From: Mobula hypostoma
Lineage: Eukaryota
Direction: 5' to 3'
DNA: 64,000 nucleotides
Assembly (NCBI RefSeq): GCF_963921235.1
Contig: NC_086108.1
Location: 48,052,001 to 48,116,000 of the forward strand
Shown here: piece after piece, positions 61,901 to 64,000 of the stretch
Numbering within the stretch: position 1 is the stretch's first letter
How the letters are laid out: every line of letters begins with the position of its first letter
Program-made: the position numbers and the translations under genes
The notes under the pieces: model-generated
Database searches by the model: none
Seen by the model: the letters and a program-made list of their open reading frames with translations, nothing else
What the model was told of the DNA's origin: nothing

Positions 61901-63404
61901 GTTACAGCAGTATGAGACATTGATTAGACAACACACAGGTATTGTCTATACTATAGGTTTTGGTCAACACAGAATTGGAAAGGTAATGTGCAAGAGATGA
62001 AGAAATATTGCCAGTAAAGGGTTGAGTTGGTTGGAAAACTTGGCTTGGGCACACTTGGAAAAGATGATGAGAATGAGGGGAGATTTAGTGAAAGAGTTTA
62101 ACATTTGGGGTTTAGATTGGATAAGCAGGATCTTGGCTTTTATGGATTTTATGGTTTTAATGTAAGCGATAGGTGGTTAAGGTATGAATGAGAGTTTCTA
62201 TGACCAGAGAGAGTGTGTGAAACTCACTGCCTGAAAGAAGGGAAAGGATAGGTGCTTCATAATAGTAAATGTATATTTGAAGTGTGGTAATTTTCAATGC
62301 CAGAAACCTAGAGATGGGAAATGAAATGTACCAGAATAACTGTTCTGGAGAACTGTGCACATGATGGATGAATAGTTTCCTTCCATGTAATAAATTTCAG
62401 TTATCCTGTTGGTTGGAAATCTAAACTTAGAAACCACAAAGCTATCATTTGTGGGTCAGCAAACCTCTCAACAATTTTGCTGAATGGATATATTGTTCCT
62501 GGAATCATTTGAGGTAATGATAAATGTCTGCTACATTGGTACTCAGTTTTAATTCATGTTAAGTTAATGATCATGTACTTCTTGGGAGGAATTAATAACA
62601 TTCTGCAGTTCAAATGCAATATAAGCAATCTGATATGAAAACAGGATTAAAATAAGTGTACAAGTGCAAAACAGAGTGAACGCTGTAAACGAGTAATAAA
62701 ATCTGAGTTTTGGAAATATTCAGCAAGTCACTCAATATTTAACTTCTCAGACTGATTTTTTTTTGAATTAGAAAATATCATTTAAAATTACTGTGTTGTC
62801 CTCCAAATCTCCATACTTTTCAATACCTTGTGAAATATCAGTAAAGACACTTTGCCATGGTAACCTTATGGATAATGTAGATAAAGGAAAATCCTTCATT
62901 TTCAATTTGCTATCTGAGAACTTTCAACTGCAAACGTCCAAATGTCCTGCTGAGTAACTGAAGGCTACCCCATTAAAATGTGTATGTTAGCACTCATTGT
63001 CTGAGGCCACATAACAATGCAAGGACCTGGAGTTTACTGAGATCTGGACCTTCCATATCATACACTCAGAGTTGTGTCACTGCTTTCTAGAAAGGGGTAC
63101 TAAAGGAAGAATGTTGTGAGTTGAAATTTTCTTTTCTCTTTCAGAGATTTTGTGACCATTGTAATTGTGGCAAATTTTCAGGCGTTGAAAGTATTTTGAA
63201 CATTTTAATGTCTCATTTCATTTTAATACCTGGTTCTACTTATGAAGGGATAAAATGGGAAACTGGAGGATGTTAAGTATAAAGAATCATCACTGACCTA
63301 TTCAGTTAGCTCTTTCAGTTGTCATACTAAATGGCCTGGAAGAAGTTTGGAATTAATGCAAAACAAGTCATGATTTAATTTAAGTTTACTATGCTTTGTT
63401 TTAG

Positions 63405-63527
63405 GTTGTATTTGTGCTCACTGGTGACTGTGATGATCGAAGCCATGTTGGTTATAAAGTCTATGAAGAGATTGCCTCCACGAGTTCTGGCCAGGTCTTC
63501 CATCTTGACAAGAAACAAGTGAACGAG
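63405..63527 (+). CDS. HMCN1: Hemicentin-1 coding exon (probably exon 4; 123 bp), [41 protein letters not shown]
   Basis: tgttttag| acceptor and |gtaaag donor; phase 0/0, continuous with the previous exon. Not in the ORF track; translated by hand. Confidence 0.95.
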
Positions 63528-63809
63528 GTAAAGTTAGAAATAAGCATGCTGTAGGCTGGCATGTTCACTTTGGTCAATAAAGGACCTTTTCTGAAATGGT
63601 GTTCTCTCAGAATCAATTCATTCAACCTGTGTTTATTTTAAGTTCATGATGCATTCTCAGGGGTAATTAGCAATGTGCAATTAATACTGGTTTATGAGTG
63701 GTGCCCATTTTTCAGAAAATGAAAGATCAGAAGACCTATTTTTACCTGCTGCACTGTTTAAAATTGAGGTTAACTGGAACATCAATGCTAACTTTTTCCT
63801 GGTGTCTCA

Positions 63810-64000
63810 AGTCCTTCTTCACTTGTTTGGAACAACTTGGAAGGCACAGGATAGGTACATTCCAACGAAGAGGAAGTATTCTAAAGGCAGGATGATGCAA
63901 CTGTGGCTGACAAGGGAAGTCAAAGCTAACATAAAAGCAAAAGAGGGCATATAATAGAGCAAAAATTTGTGGGAAGTTAGAGGATTAGGAAATTTTTAAA
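63810..64000 (+). mobile_element. CR1 ORF2 fragment running off the window
   Basis: KAQDRYIPTKRK..WLTREVKANIKAKE; homologous to ~42400-42570. Confidence 0.75.

Noticed and set aside
53588..63527. HMCN2 assignment
   Set aside because: [34 protein letters not shown] and [19 protein letters not shown] fit HMCN1 as I recall it; reciprocal BLAST would confirm.

Overview
Vertebrate genomic DNA; the repeat landscape (CR1, Rex1/Babar, Penelope, V-SINE, L1) suggests a cartilaginous fish, by inference only. Three coding exons of hemicentin-1 (HMCN1, VWA domain) lie on the + strand at 53588-53658, 58786-58944 and 63405-63527, and the preceding ~53.5 kb is most likely the large first intron. That intron holds: a full-length L1 with both ORFs open and a 17-bp TSD (15953-21862); a Tigger and a hAT/Charlie remnant; two tiny hAT MITEs; Penelope copies carrying minimal hammerhead ribozyme motifs; a minisatellite expanded inside a V-SINE; and many CR1/Rex1 fragments. 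The main finding is a non-autonomous Gypsy LTR element (2045-11036, - strand). In it, most of pol (RT, RNase H, integrase core) is replaced by two adjacent host-gene fragments with no intron-sized interruption, joined in frame: a RABEP1 (Rabaptin-5) coiled coil and the C-terminal coiled coil of SH3KBP1 (CIN85). Penelope, CR1 and a 5'-inverted L1 later inserted into this element. Gene identities rest on my recall of the human proteins and need BLAST confirmation.
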